This document shows positions 9,483 through 19,126 of a stretch of DNA of 64,000 bases, in pieces. The stretch comes from Candidatus Obscuribacteraceae bacterium (GTDB lineage Bacteria; Cyanobacteriota; Vampirovibrionia; Obscuribacterales; Obscuribacteraceae). Below the pieces are notes generated by a model. It did no database searches, had not been told where the DNA came from, and saw only the letters and a program-made list of their open reading frames with translations. Numbering within the stretch: the stretch's first letter is position 1; each line of letters starts with the position of its first letter. The translations under genes and the position numbers were made by a program. The stretch is taken from NCBI GenBank assembly GCA_044226015.1, contig JBGAHS010000009.1, positions 224,001 through 288,000 on the forward strand, given 5' to 3'.

Positions 9483-12400
9483 TTGCTAAGCCTGTATTCA
9501 CAGTGCTTGCTTAGATTATTTCCAAAAGGAGAATGCTCCCTGAGCAAGTTTTACATGACTGCAAAATCGAGAAAAACTGGCATTACATTGGCCTTAGCTT
9601 GTCTTTTGTTAAACATGCAAATTGCATGCTATTCACAGACAGCTCCAGAGGAGTCTGCCCCCGATTCGCTCGCCGTACCGCGCTTCTCACTACCTGCGGT
9701 AGGGTCTATTCCGGGAGAGAATTCTGCGCTGGAAACTTCGAAGCCTGTATCCAAACCTGAATCGCGGACAATTTTCTCGGGGTTTCGTAAAGCGGTAAAG
9801 CCCGCTGGGACGAGTCAGGCTGCCGCGAATAGTTCTGAACAAAACAAAACCAGTACGGCTATAGAATCAAGCACCGCCAGGCAAACAGAGTCCAGTAAAA
9901 CTAGCACTCCTGCTGCGTCAACTGTATCATCCGTAGACCTCAAATCGAACTCAGGCGGAGACAGTTCGACAAGTTCTAAGCCTGCTGATTCACCAGTCTC
10001 TCGACCAAGCACTACTAAGTCGTCGCTGGCCGCGGCCGCACTTACTGCGTCTATTCCGGTCATTAAGTCTGGACAGGTTATGGCTCAGGAATTTGTGCTG
10101 CCGAACGGACTTAAGGTTCTTATTCAAGAAAATCATGAATTCCCAGTAGTTTCGACCCTGGTATTTTATCGTGTCGGTTCTCGTGATGAGCAAACTGGGT
10201 CGACCGGGCTGACGCACATGGTTGAGCATTTGATGTTTCAAGAGGTCGGAAACTTCAAAGCTGGCGATATAGGAAGCATGATTGCCAGAGTGGGCGGTCA
10301 GTTCAACGGTTATACCAGTGATGATTTCACGACGTTTTTTGAGACTTTGCCGTCTTCTCGACTGGAAATGGCTTTGAAAATTGAATCGGATCGCATGGCA
10401 CGCACCAAATTTAGTGCTAGCGAAGTGAAACAAGAAGTTGCAAACATACAGAAAGAACTGGAAGCGGAGTCGAAAGATCCGCAGGCGCTTCTTTCCAAAG
10501 AAGTACGTGCGATGATGTTCATGCAACATCCATATCACAATCCAACGATTGGCTGGAAGACGGATGTTGAAGGGCTCACTGCCGAAACAGCACGCAATTT
10601 TTACTCCAAATACTTCAGTCCATCAAACGCTACTCTTGTTATTTCAGGAGACGTGTATTTTCGCCAAGCCAGCCAGCTTGTCCAAAAATATTTTGCAACT
10701 ATAAATGGTGCTGAAAAAGCTAGTCATGTTTCAGTGACTGAGTCTATGCCTCGCAGCGAAAGACGTGTAAACACCAAGTACGATGGCAATAAAGAGCTGA
10801 TGCAGGTCGCCTATCGTGCTCCAGCGATGGATGACCCTGATGCACCGGCCATGGTGGTGATGGAGAAACTGTTGAATGGCGGCATCGTGGGTCGCCTTAA
10901 GGGACGACTTGTTGACTCAAAGATTTGTTCGTCTACTCAGGCAAATTACGAAATCAAGAAAGAGCCGGGTCTCTTCACTGTCAGTTGTACTGCTGTACCT
11001 GCAACTTTTAACGCGCAATCAAAAATACTGGAAGGTGTTGATTCTGTTGTCTCTCAGGTGCGCGATAAACTCCCCTCTGATGCCGAAGTTCGTCGCGCCA
11101 GAAATCAGGCAGAATTTGCTTACTTTGCAGAATGTGATGGACCATATCGTGCCGGGTTCCACCTGGGCTATTTTGAATGCCTGGACAAATGGCAAGATAA
11201 TTACAGCTGGGCTGAGAAACTTCGTGCGGTTTCTGCTGCCGATATTAATCGTGTAGCTAAAAAATATTTCTCTCCAGAAACTAGAGTAATCGGATGGATT
11301 TCTGGAAGTTCAGCTCCGAAGGCAGCGCCACCGGCACCAGCAGCCGCTCCAAGTCCCAAAGCATCTGTTCCCGATACCAAACACGGTGCTTTGGCCACTT
11401 GTCTGCAGGGACAGAATATCGCATTATTCGATGAGCAATTTTCGGCTAAGCCGTCGTATAGCCGTAATATGGAACATTTGACAGTCGCGGCTTATAAGGA
11501 GACTGATGAAATCCCAGCTCCTGACGCGTCTTCTGAAAAGACTACTGTTGACTCAGCAGATAACGCATCGGGTAAACCGGGGACTGTTTTGTCTGGTACA
11601 GCACAAAAAATTAGCCCAAAGAGCACCAAGAAAACAGGAATACCAGCAGTTATTAGAGACATTCCGAATGCCCTGGGCAATGCCGTCACAGGTAACATTC
11701 CTGGTGCTGTGGGCAACGTTGGAGCTGCACTCATAAACCTACCGGTAGCCATCGGAGACATCGGCGTTGCAGTGGGTAGCACTGCTAGTGCCCTTGGAAA
11801 ACAGATAGTGGCACTGAAGCCTGGCGCGCTTGAAAGTGATTCCAAGTTTGTTTCTCAGCGTGTTCTCAAAAATGGTTTGAAAGTTGTTGTCTATGAAAGC
11901 CACGTGAGTCCAATTGTGCAAGTTTCAGGCTCTATACAGGCAGGTGAAGCATACTCAAAATCAAAGACGGGCTATTCATTACTTTCCAATAGTATTTTGT
12001 CGCTAGGTTCAAGTCGCCGAAACAAAGCTCAGTCACAATCTCTGCAGGATGACCTGGGAATATCACCCCAGCACATGCTGAAGTTTGATTCCAACCTGGA
12101 GACAATTGATTTCTCCACGAGATGCTTGAGTCGCGATTTTTCTCAGCAGCTTGATTTGATCGCTGATAACCTATCTTCGCCTTTAATTGACGAGGCCAAT
12201 CTGGAAAAGGCAAAAGCTGATGCGAGCTATTCACTCAAGCACAATCAAGACTTTGTTGGAAAGAAAGTAAATCGTCTATTGTTGCAAGGTCTCCTCGACG
12301 ATAATTCACCCTTCTGCCCCACTGACCCCAGTGATCGTGCAAAAACAATTGCGCAAGCAGATCTGGCTGAAACGCAGAAGTTTTTCTCAAGTCACATAAC

Positions 12401-13313
12401 TCCTGCAGCAACCACTATCGTGCTGGCCGGAGATTTGAATCCTGAAACCGTTTTTGCTCAAATGGAGCGATCTTTTGGGAAGTGGGCAAATAAAGGGGCG
12501 CACAATCAGTTGAAAGCAAAACTACGCACCCAGAGAGTTTTGCGAAGCTCACTTCCTTTGAAGGATAGTAAAAAGAGCAACATTTGCTTTGGTCAACTTG
12601 TTCCAATGGCTGAATCACACCCGGAATATGGCAGTCTCTTAATTGCAGACTGCATATTGGTGAACCATCCGATGATATCTAGATTTGAACAAGCTCTCTC
12701 CAAAAATCCAGCACTGGAGTCTGCCATCGCCAATGGTGAGATGACAGTTAAACTTGAACCATTTTCAAATCTTACGCAGTGGTCGATGTCGCTGTTTTTG
12801 GACCCTGCTGCCGTGCAAGTTTCAGTACGTACTATAAAGAACGAGCTGAAGCAAATTTCTAAGCTAGGTGTAACTGCTGAGGAGTTCACTGAAGCAAAAC
12901 GATATCTACTAGGCTCTCTGCCCGTGAGAACACAGGCAACGCTGGGTGAAGTTAGCAGTTCTATGCTCGATTCTTACGAGCATAGTGACACCATAAATGG
13001 TTACAACGCAGAAATTGCTTCTGTTAAAGCTGCAAGTGTAGATTCTGTCAATAAGGTAATCAGAACCATCTTCAAGCCCGAACAGTCGACAATTGTGATA
13101 GCTGGTGGCGGACAGTCAATCAAAGCTGCTCGCAATCCCTCAGAGAGCAGCGAATCAAAAGCAGAAACGGAAACATCGCCTTCTCCAAGCAAGCCTTCTC
13201 CTGAGAAGAAAGTTGCCCCGAAACCCTCTTCTGCCAATAAACCAGCGGATTCTTCGAAATCTAGCAAGTCCAAAAAAGATGATGCTAAAAGTGTCGGCAA
13301 AGTCAAGAAGTAG
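9483..13313 (+). CDS. M16 family (pitrilysin/insulinase-like) zinc protease, exported, two-half fused form
   Basis: GLTHMVEHLMF (HxxEH), NGYTSDDFT, ESDRM, HPYHNPTIGW; second degenerate half starting at LKNGLKVVV. Signal peptide follows MTAKSRK, so the true start is probably later than 9483. Confidence 0.92.
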   Translation: MLSLYSQCLLRLFPKGECSLSKFYMTAKSRKTGITLALACLLLNMQIACYSQTAPEESAPDSLAVPRFSLPAVGSIPGENSALETSKPVSKPESRTIFSGFRKAVKPAGTSQAAANSSEQNKTSTAIESSTARQTESSKTSTPAASTVSSVDLKSNSGGDSSTSSKPADSPVSRPSTTKSSLAAAALTASIPVIKSGQVMAQEFVLPNGLKVLIQENHEFPVVSTLVFYRVGSRDEQTGSTGLTHMVEHLMFQEVGNFKAGDIGSMIARVGGQFNGYTSDDFTTFFETLPSSRLEMALKIESDRMARTKFSASEVKQEVANIQKELEAESKDPQALLSKEVRAMMFMQHPYHNPTIGWKTDVEGLTAETARNFYSKYFSPSNATLVISGDVYFRQASQLVQKYFATINGAEKASHVSVTESMPRSERRVNTKYDGNKELMQVAYRAPAMDDPDAPAMVVMEKLLNGGIVGRLKGRLVDSKICSSTQANYEIKKEPGLFTVSCTAVPATFNAQSKILEGVDSVVSQVRDKLPSDAEVRRARNQAEFAYFAECDGPYRAGFHLGYFECLDKWQDNYSWAEKLRAVSAADINRVAKKYFSPETRVIGWISGSSAPKAAPPAPAAAPSPKASVPDTKHGALATCLQGQNIALFDEQFSAKPSYSRNMEHLTVAAYKETDEIPAPDASSEKTTVDSADNASGKPGTVLSGTAQKISPKSTKKTGIPAVIRDIPNALGNAVTGNIPGAVGNVGAALINLPVAIGDIGVAVGSTASALGKQIVALKPGALESDSKFVSQRVLKNGLKVVVYESHVSPIVQVSGSIQAGEAYSKSKTGYSLLSNSILSLGSSRRNKAQSQSLQDDLGISPQHMLKFDSNLETIDFSTRCLSRDFSQQLDLIADNLSSPLIDEANLEKAKADASYSLKHNQDFVGKKVNRLLLQGLLDDNSPFCPTDPSDRAKTIAQADLAETQKFFSSHITPAATTIVLAGDLNPETVFAQMERSFGKWANKGAHNQLKAKLRTQRVLRSSLPLKDSKKSNICFGQLVPMAESHPEYGSLLIADCILVNHPMISRFEQALSKNPALESAIANGEMTVKLEPFSNLTQWSMSLFLDPAAVQVSVRTIKNELKQISKLGVTAEEFTEAKRYLLGSLPVRTQATLGEVSSSMLDSYEHSDTINGYNAEIASVKAASVDSVNKVIRTIFKPEQSTIVIAGGGQSIKAARNPSESSESKAETETSPSPSKPSPEKKVAPKPSSANKPADSSKSSKSKKDDAKSVGKVKK

Positions 13314-13823
13314 TCTCTTTTATTGGACGTATTAGATTCCTGATAGAAGTCAAAAGGAAACTTTCTGTAATATTATTCTCGCTTAAGCTGAGCTTTCAAA
13401 GTCCGCTGCCACAAGCGATCTGACGCATTCACTTCCTGTATATGAAATGCATAGGATCGAAATCTGATACATAGTTGTCAAAATTTCATAGAACTGTCTT
13501 TGGTGGCGGAAATAGCGAATTTGTTATCTTTTTTGCTCTTGCTTTTGTTCTTCATTTCCCCTGTCGCACAATACTTTCCGCGGGTGCCGACTAAGTTGTA
13601 TGTTGTCATATAATTAATGATTGAGCTTGAACTGAGCCTGTTACTGATCTTGTAATCTGAAACTTATATGCGGGAATTGCTGTAAAAGGTTGCTATAATT
13701 AGTTCCGTAGATTTTAGATTGCAAGTTTGACTTTCTTCGCTCAATATCGATAATATGCCAAGATAAATCGAATTCCTGAGTAAAGGAAGCTAAGGGGTCA
13801 CCTCTGAGAGGTCGTTAAAGCGT

Positions 13824-14516
13824 ATGGCTGTTTTAGGTACAAACGGGAGTGCAGTTTTGCTAAGTGATAAGGAAAAACTAGACTTCGATTCCGTTCCCGA
13901 ATATGTCCGCGAGCCCAAATCTAGTCGCGATTCATATGTTTCAAAAGCCGGTTATGTAGAAGACGATTACGAGCCTCACCACAAGTCAGCTGAAATTGAG
14001 ACATTGTGGCCAGGTGTCAGTGCTGATTTTCTTCATGGAAATTCTCACAAGCGTCAACCATCTTTCTACTGGAGCATCGGATTCGTTTCTGGAATAGTTG
14101 CTTCTATTCTATGTGCTGGTGTCGTCTATGGTGGTATGCAGTTGTTTGCCAACCACACGCAAGCTGCTGGTATAGCTCAAATTGTTGTTGCAGGAAAAGG
14201 CACCGTCAACCAGGCGAAAGATCAGTTGAGCACTGTCAATGGTGCGGCTGTGGTAACCACTCGCACTGCCACTGCCCTCGGTGACCCGGATCTTATTGTT
14301 CCGCTTTTCTCACAGTACACAGTTAAAACTGGTGATACTCTGGCTTCTATCGCTGTTCAGGCGTACAAGAGAGCTACACCAAGACTTCTGGATGAAATTT
14401 GCAAAGCAAACAATATGCGCAATGCCAACGTTCTCAGTCTTGGTCAAACTTTGAATTTGCCTCAGTACAGACCTCAATCGAGGCAGATAGCTAGCGGTGC
14501 TGCCAGCATCCAGTAG
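13824..14516 (+). CDS. Membrane-anchored LysM domain protein
   Basis: TM helix IGFVSGIVASILCAGVVYGG; LysM YTVKTGDTLASIA...N...LSLGQTLNLP. Confidence 0.88.
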   Translation: MAVLGTNGSAVLLSDKEKLDFDSVPEYVREPKSSRDSYVSKAGYVEDDYEPHHKSAEIETLWPGVSADFLHGNSHKRQPSFYWSIGFVSGIVASILCAGVVYGGMQLFANHTQAAGIAQIVVAGKGTVNQAKDQLSTVNGAAVVTTRTATALGDPDLIVPLFSQYTVKTGDTLASIAVQAYKRATPRLLDEICKANNMRNANVLSLGQTLNLPQYRPQSRQIASGAASIQ

Positions 14517-16431
14517 AGCTTATGATGCGGACGAGTCCGCTGATGTAGAGTCGACATTTGTTCGTCTTGAAGACTATTTGCCATCTTATGAATTGCGAGT
14601 TCAACAGGTTGAATTTGCACATTCCATTGATAACGCTATTAAGCGGGGACGGGTTGGCATCTTCGAAGCCGGGACAGGTACCGGGAAAAGTCTTGCCGCC
14701 TTAATTCCAGCAGCTTTGTCTCGCAAGCGTGTGGTGGTTTCTACCGCTACGATTGCCCTGCAAGAGCAGTACATTCACAAAGACATTCCGTGTCTAAAGA
14801 AGATTCTCCCGTTTGAAATCCAGGCTTCTCTATTTAAGGGACGTGGAAACTATATCAGCTTGCGGCGTTTTGAAGAACACAAGTTGGAAGCTGAAATAGA
14901 TTCACGCCTCATCAATTTTGTGCAAAATACGATGACTGGCGATCGCTCAGACCTCGATTTTTTACCGATGTCAGACACCTGGGGTGAAATTAATTCTGAC
15001 TCCGATGATTGTATGCGCACGAAATGTCCCACATACAATCAGTGCTTTTATTTCAGATCAAAAAAGAATGCTGAGCAGGCAGACATCATCGTTGTAAACC
15101 ATTCTTTGCTGCTGATCGATGCTTTGAGTGGTGGCAATTTGTTGCCACCATATGAGGTATTGATAGTCGATGAAGCGCACCATTTACCAGAGGTTGCTAG
15201 TAAGTCTTTCAGCGCGTCTGTAAACCTTAGAGGTGTACAGTTGCTCGCTGCGAAAGCCGCAAAGCAGTTATCTGCACCGTCGTACATTATTCATAACCTT
15301 GAGGAAATTGCCGAAGAGTTCTTCACGCACTTGCATTCTTTAATTCCTTACGGAAAGACAAGAATCAGGAAGCCAGTTGAGGGAATCATGGAGTTTCTCA
15401 ACACGCTCTATATAACCCGTGACTGGTTAGCTGCTGCCAATTTCGAAACAGTGCTTGATATAGATAATCAGAGAGATAAGCTTAAGTTGAAAGCGAAGGC
15501 TTTGCTTACAACAACCAACGGTTATATAAAATGTCTGGAACTTCTCGAGCAGCTCGATGAGGAATGGGTTTTCTGGGCAGAGAAGATGGATAACGTGCCC
15601 TGGCGGACAGAGCTGGTTGCAGCACCGCTGACAGTGGCTGATCTTATTGAGCAGTATGTGTTTGATAAGGAAGGCTTGCTGTCGAGCATATGGATGTCTG
15701 CGACACTCGCCACTGCTGGTGATGACCCCTTTCACTATTTTAAGAGGCTAGTTGGTGCTCCTCGTGTTTTGACACAGGCTCAGGTAGCCAGCCCGTTCGA
15801 CTATGGCAGGCAATCAGTTCTCTATTTGCCCAAGAATATGCCCGAACCAAATACGCGAGAGTTCGGTGAAGCCGCATGCGAAGAAATCGAACGCATTCTG
15901 GAACTAAGTCAGGGAAGAGCGTTTGTATTGTTCACAAGTTATACAGGAATGAACAATATCTATGGTTATTTGAAAGAGCGTATTCCTTACCCTTCCCGCA
16001 AGCAAGGCGAAATGCCGCGAAAAAAATTGCTCGATTGGTTTCGCGAGACCCCAAATGCAGTTCTCTTTGCCACAGCAAGTTTCTGGGAGGGTGTCTCTGT
16101 CGATGGCGATCAACTTAGCGCCGTGATTATCGACAAGATTCCATTTCAATCGCCTGATGATCCTATTTACGAGGCTCGTTGCGATCGCTTGAAAGAGGAT
16201 GGCACCGAGATGAGTTGGTTTAGTGAACTTGCGCTGCCCTACGCCACCATGCGCTTGAAGCAAGGTGTTGGCCGACTCATTCGAACTAGGACTGATCGGG
16301 GAGTAGTGGCTATTTTGGATCCCCGAATGACCAGCAAAACATATGGCAAAGCAATCTTGTCTTGTCTGCCGCCGATGCAGGTTGTGCGCTCTATTCAAGG
16401 CGCTCGAAGCATAGATGATTTGCTCCCTTAG
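14497..16431 (+). CDS. dinG: ATP-dependent DNA helicase, DinG/YoaA family
   Basis: Q motif ELRVQQ, EAGTGTGKS, VDEAHH, SAT, FWEGV and KQGVGRLIR; 20-bp overlap with the LysM gene. Confidence 0.93.
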   Translation: MLPASSRAYDADESADVESTFVRLEDYLPSYELRVQQVEFAHSIDNAIKRGRVGIFEAGTGTGKSLAALIPAALSRKRVVVSTATIALQEQYIHKDIPCLKKILPFEIQASLFKGRGNYISLRRFEEHKLEAEIDSRLINFVQNTMTGDRSDLDFLPMSDTWGEINSDSDDCMRTKCPTYNQCFYFRSKKNAEQADIIVVNHSLLLIDALSGGNLLPPYEVLIVDEAHHLPEVASKSFSASVNLRGVQLLAAKAAKQLSAPSYIIHNLEEIAEEFFTHLHSLIPYGKTRIRKPVEGIMEFLNTLYITRDWLAAANFETVLDIDNQRDKLKLKAKALLTTTNGYIKCLELLEQLDEEWVFWAEKMDNVPWRTELVAAPLTVADLIEQYVFDKEGLLSSIWMSATLATAGDDPFHYFKRLVGAPRVLTQAQVASPFDYGRQSVLYLPKNMPEPNTREFGEAACEEIERILELSQGRAFVLFTSYTGMNNIYGYLKERIPYPSRKQGEMPRKKLLDWFRETPNAVLFATASFWEGVSVDGDQLSAVIIDKIPFQSPDDPIYEARCDRLKEDGTEMSWFSELALPYATMRLKQGVGRLIRTRTDRGVVAILDPRMTSKTYGKAILSCLPPMQVVRSIQGARSIDDLLP

Positions 16432-16679
16432 CTGCTGACTGTGTTTTCTTACACTGTAGATGTCGTAAGTAATAAAACATAGTTTTAAATGCGTGGATGC
16501 CTATTATCTACGAAAGAACATTTGCATATAGTTGAATGGAATGTAGAGGAGCTACGTTTCAAGTTTTTTTCAATCAAGATCAATCAATATCTAGTCAGCA
16601 TTTTGAGGTCATAAAAGGAAGGGATTTTCGGAGTTTCTAACTCCGAAGATTAAATACGTGTTTGTACGTATTGAGATTT

Positions 16680-16695
16680 TAGACTGAACCGTCTA
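16680..16695. promoter_or_regulatory. Palindromic operator TAGAC-N6-GTCTA (putative TetR site)
   Basis: TAGACTGAACCGTCTA 31 bp upstream of ORF 16727; the same motif occurs at 19110-19125. Confidence 0.55.
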
Positions 16696-16726
16696 GTCTA
16701 AAGATACCAGCCCCGGAGATTCATAA

Positions 16727-18976
16727 ATGGACCACATTAAAGAAAGCAGAGATGAAAAGACTCAATCTGAGCCATCTCATTTGTCCCTAAATGCTCTTCT
16801 AGCACCGGAAAAATCCACCTCTCTGGCTTCAGATTTCGGTCGCTCATTCACACACAGCTTGCTTCAGTCGCCTCTTGAAGGTGTTGCTCAGCTTGTTGAC
16901 GGCAAGGCTAACGGTGCTACCCAGAAGGCAGTGCATTTTATGGATGCACCTGAACAAGCTAAATTCGGCACCTCCTCCTGGGTGGCACAGCAAGCAGGAA
17001 GCGGGCTCGGCGCAATTTTGCCGGTACTGCTCGTTCATAAAGGCGTTTCAACGGCTCTTGCTTCGAACTATGAAGCTAAGGCGAGCCTCGCAATGAGCGA
17101 GCATATGGGCGCTTTAACCAGCAAGCAGGCTTTGGGTGCAGGCTCCTTGAAAATGGCTGAAGCTGGACTGACCGGTATGGTCTATTCTGGAGTGCTTACT
17201 CCGGCTAAGGATAATGATCATTTCTGGCAACAACGTCTGCACAACACTGCTGTCGGTGGCTTGACTTTCGCTACTCTGTCTGGAGCAGGGCTAGGCATGA
17301 AAGGCTTGGGTGAGAGAACGGCCCAATCACTGCCTGCTTTATCGAAAGTCATGAAAAATGAAATTGCCGCAGGTGCTCTATCAGGTATTCCAGCCGGTAT
17401 CGTTGCTGCCAATGCAGATTCACTGCTTTCTGGAAAAGGTCTGGCTACAAAAGAGCAAAATTTCCAATCGGTAGCGACCTTTTCACTTACTGGTGCCGGT
17501 TTTGCTTACGGCAAAGCAAAGCTGGGTGAGACGCGCCCGGAAGAGCGCAGCACAAAAGCCCCTGAGCAGTTTGCCAAAGCCGGCGTAGATGTTGACGGAC
17601 GACCTTTGCACAAGAGCCAACGAGCTGAGGTCTCTCAAAAATGGACAAATTACTCACCTGAAGAATTAGGGCGTGCTCGTTCGCAAACATTGAAGGAGCT
17701 TGGTGAAATCAAAGCACTCGAAGAGGGTAAGAGTGTTCTTGCACAGTTTAAGGACTCAGGTCTTTCAATCAGTCAAAAATATCGTGTTTTGAATTCACTT
17801 GCTGAAGTAAGAGAACATTTCGTCAATCAGCGCGTGAATGGGTCCATTGAGCCTGATCAACAAGGAAATTGGATTCACACCCAAGGTGAATTTGGACGAG
17901 TAATCGACGCCAGCAAGGCCGGCAAACTATCTGCAGTGCAAACTGAAGACGCTTTGCTTTCTTCCATGTTCGCGGATGCAGTAAAGAGCAAAGCTAATTT
18001 CTTTACTCATCATATGGATGGTGCTCTTGCCGCTGACCATGTTCTATCCAAAGAATTTGGTGCCGGTTTCGGAAGAGAGAGATTGAACGGTGTGGTGAAC
18101 GCGGTGAAGGAGCATCAGATTGGACCTCCCGAATTCATGTCGAACCTCTATGCTAACCGAATTAGGACAGCATTGGGCAATAATATGACGCCTGAATTAG
18201 AGGCTACTCTATCTTCTTTGCAGAAGAAAATTGCGGATCCATTCAATCCTTCAAATCGAACAGTTAGAACCGCGGATGGTGCCAGTGTGCTGAAGATTTC
18301 CCCGCAGGAAAAACAGCTTTTGCAGATCACAGGAGTACCCGAATGGTACGTTCCAGAAAAATCGAACGCCTGGAACAAGTCTTCCCGTGCTGTTATCGAT
18401 GGCGATACCATGGACAATTATTACACCCCAGGTGGCATTGGTAAGATAACAGGGCTTGGTGGTCCAGAATCGGACAAGTGGTTTATGACAAAGCAGATAG
18501 ACGGCGGTGCTGGCACTATCGATCGCTCTACTAATATTGGATCAGCAAGAAATAGTGCCCGTGATGCTGGAAGTCTCCTCACGCCAGAAAGCAAAGCTCT
18601 TGCTGGAAATGGATTAGCTCAAACCGAAGCGGCAATCGAGTCAGCCAAAGGTAAAGTTGCGGAATGGCTTAAGACGGAAAAGGGAATCGACACAGCCAAG
18701 CAAAATGTTCCTTTCTTTAACTCAGATTTGAAATATCCTCAGTTTGGCGAAGCCGACGCGCAATGGTGGAACATTCACCGAACTGCAGCTGATAAGCGCA
18801 GTGCTGAGCAGCAGTCATTCTATGACAGCCACAGATTTGATGGTCTGAATCAAGCAGAACAAAATAGCTTTCTTCTTGCCAAAGACATCAGAAATAAGGT
18901 CGCCGACAATCTCCGAGCAGCTCAGAGAATAGATGGGCAGCAAGCTCCGCAATATCAACCCTCGACTCGACGTTAG
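16727..18976 (+). CDS. Hypothetical protein: Gly/Ala-rich hydrophobic N-terminal region plus C-terminal HD-superfamily-like domain
   Basis: GGAGA RBS; several GxxxG hydrophobic helices; motif order NWIHT...LLSSMFAD...HHMDGA...AVKEHQ...IDGDTMD mirrors HD phosphohydrolases with HD altered to AD. Confidence 0.65.
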   Translation: MDHIKESRDEKTQSEPSHLSLNALLAPEKSTSLASDFGRSFTHSLLQSPLEGVAQLVDGKANGATQKAVHFMDAPEQAKFGTSSWVAQQAGSGLGAILPVLLVHKGVSTALASNYEAKASLAMSEHMGALTSKQALGAGSLKMAEAGLTGMVYSGVLTPAKDNDHFWQQRLHNTAVGGLTFATLSGAGLGMKGLGERTAQSLPALSKVMKNEIAAGALSGIPAGIVAANADSLLSGKGLATKEQNFQSVATFSLTGAGFAYGKAKLGETRPEERSTKAPEQFAKAGVDVDGRPLHKSQRAEVSQKWTNYSPEELGRARSQTLKELGEIKALEEGKSVLAQFKDSGLSISQKYRVLNSLAEVREHFVNQRVNGSIEPDQQGNWIHTQGEFGRVIDASKAGKLSAVQTEDALLSSMFADAVKSKANFFTHHMDGALAADHVLSKEFGAGFGRERLNGVVNAVKEHQIGPPEFMSNLYANRIRTALGNNMTPELEATLSSLQKKIADPFNPSNRTVRTADGASVLKISPQEKQLLQITGVPEWYVPEKSNAWNKSSRAVIDGDTMDNYYTPGGIGKITGLGGPESDKWFMTKQIDGGAGTIDRSTNIGSARNSARDAGSLLTPESKALAGNGLAQTEAAIESAKGKVAEWLKTEKGIDTAKQNVPFFNSDLKYPQFGEADAQWWNIHRTAADKRSAEQQSFYDSHRFDGLNQAEQNSFLLAKDIRNKVADNLRAAQRIDGQQAPQYQPSTRR

Positions 18977-19053
18977 TGTGTCTGCCTCGATAACAGACAT
19001 GTCAGATTGAGAACTCTCACTTTTGCAGCGTGGGTAAGTTCACTAGTTCGAGA

Positions 19054-19096
19054 GGTGCACGTGCAAGATTGCTCCTTGTACGTGCACCAAATTTTT
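19054..19096 (+). terminator. Stem-loop, probable terminator of ORF 16727-18976
   Basis: GGTGCACGTGCAAG/CTTGTACGTGCACC 14-bp stem with one G-U pair, followed by AAATTTTT. Confidence 0.45.
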
Positions 19097-19109
19097 GACA
19101 ATTATATGC

Positions 19110-19125
19110 TAGACTGGGTGGTCTA
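19110..19125. promoter_or_regulatory. Palindromic operator TAGAC-N6-GTCTA (putative TetR autoregulatory site)
   Basis: TAGACTGGGTGGTCTA ends 1 bp before the TetR ATG. Confidence 0.6.
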
Positions 19126-19126
19126 A

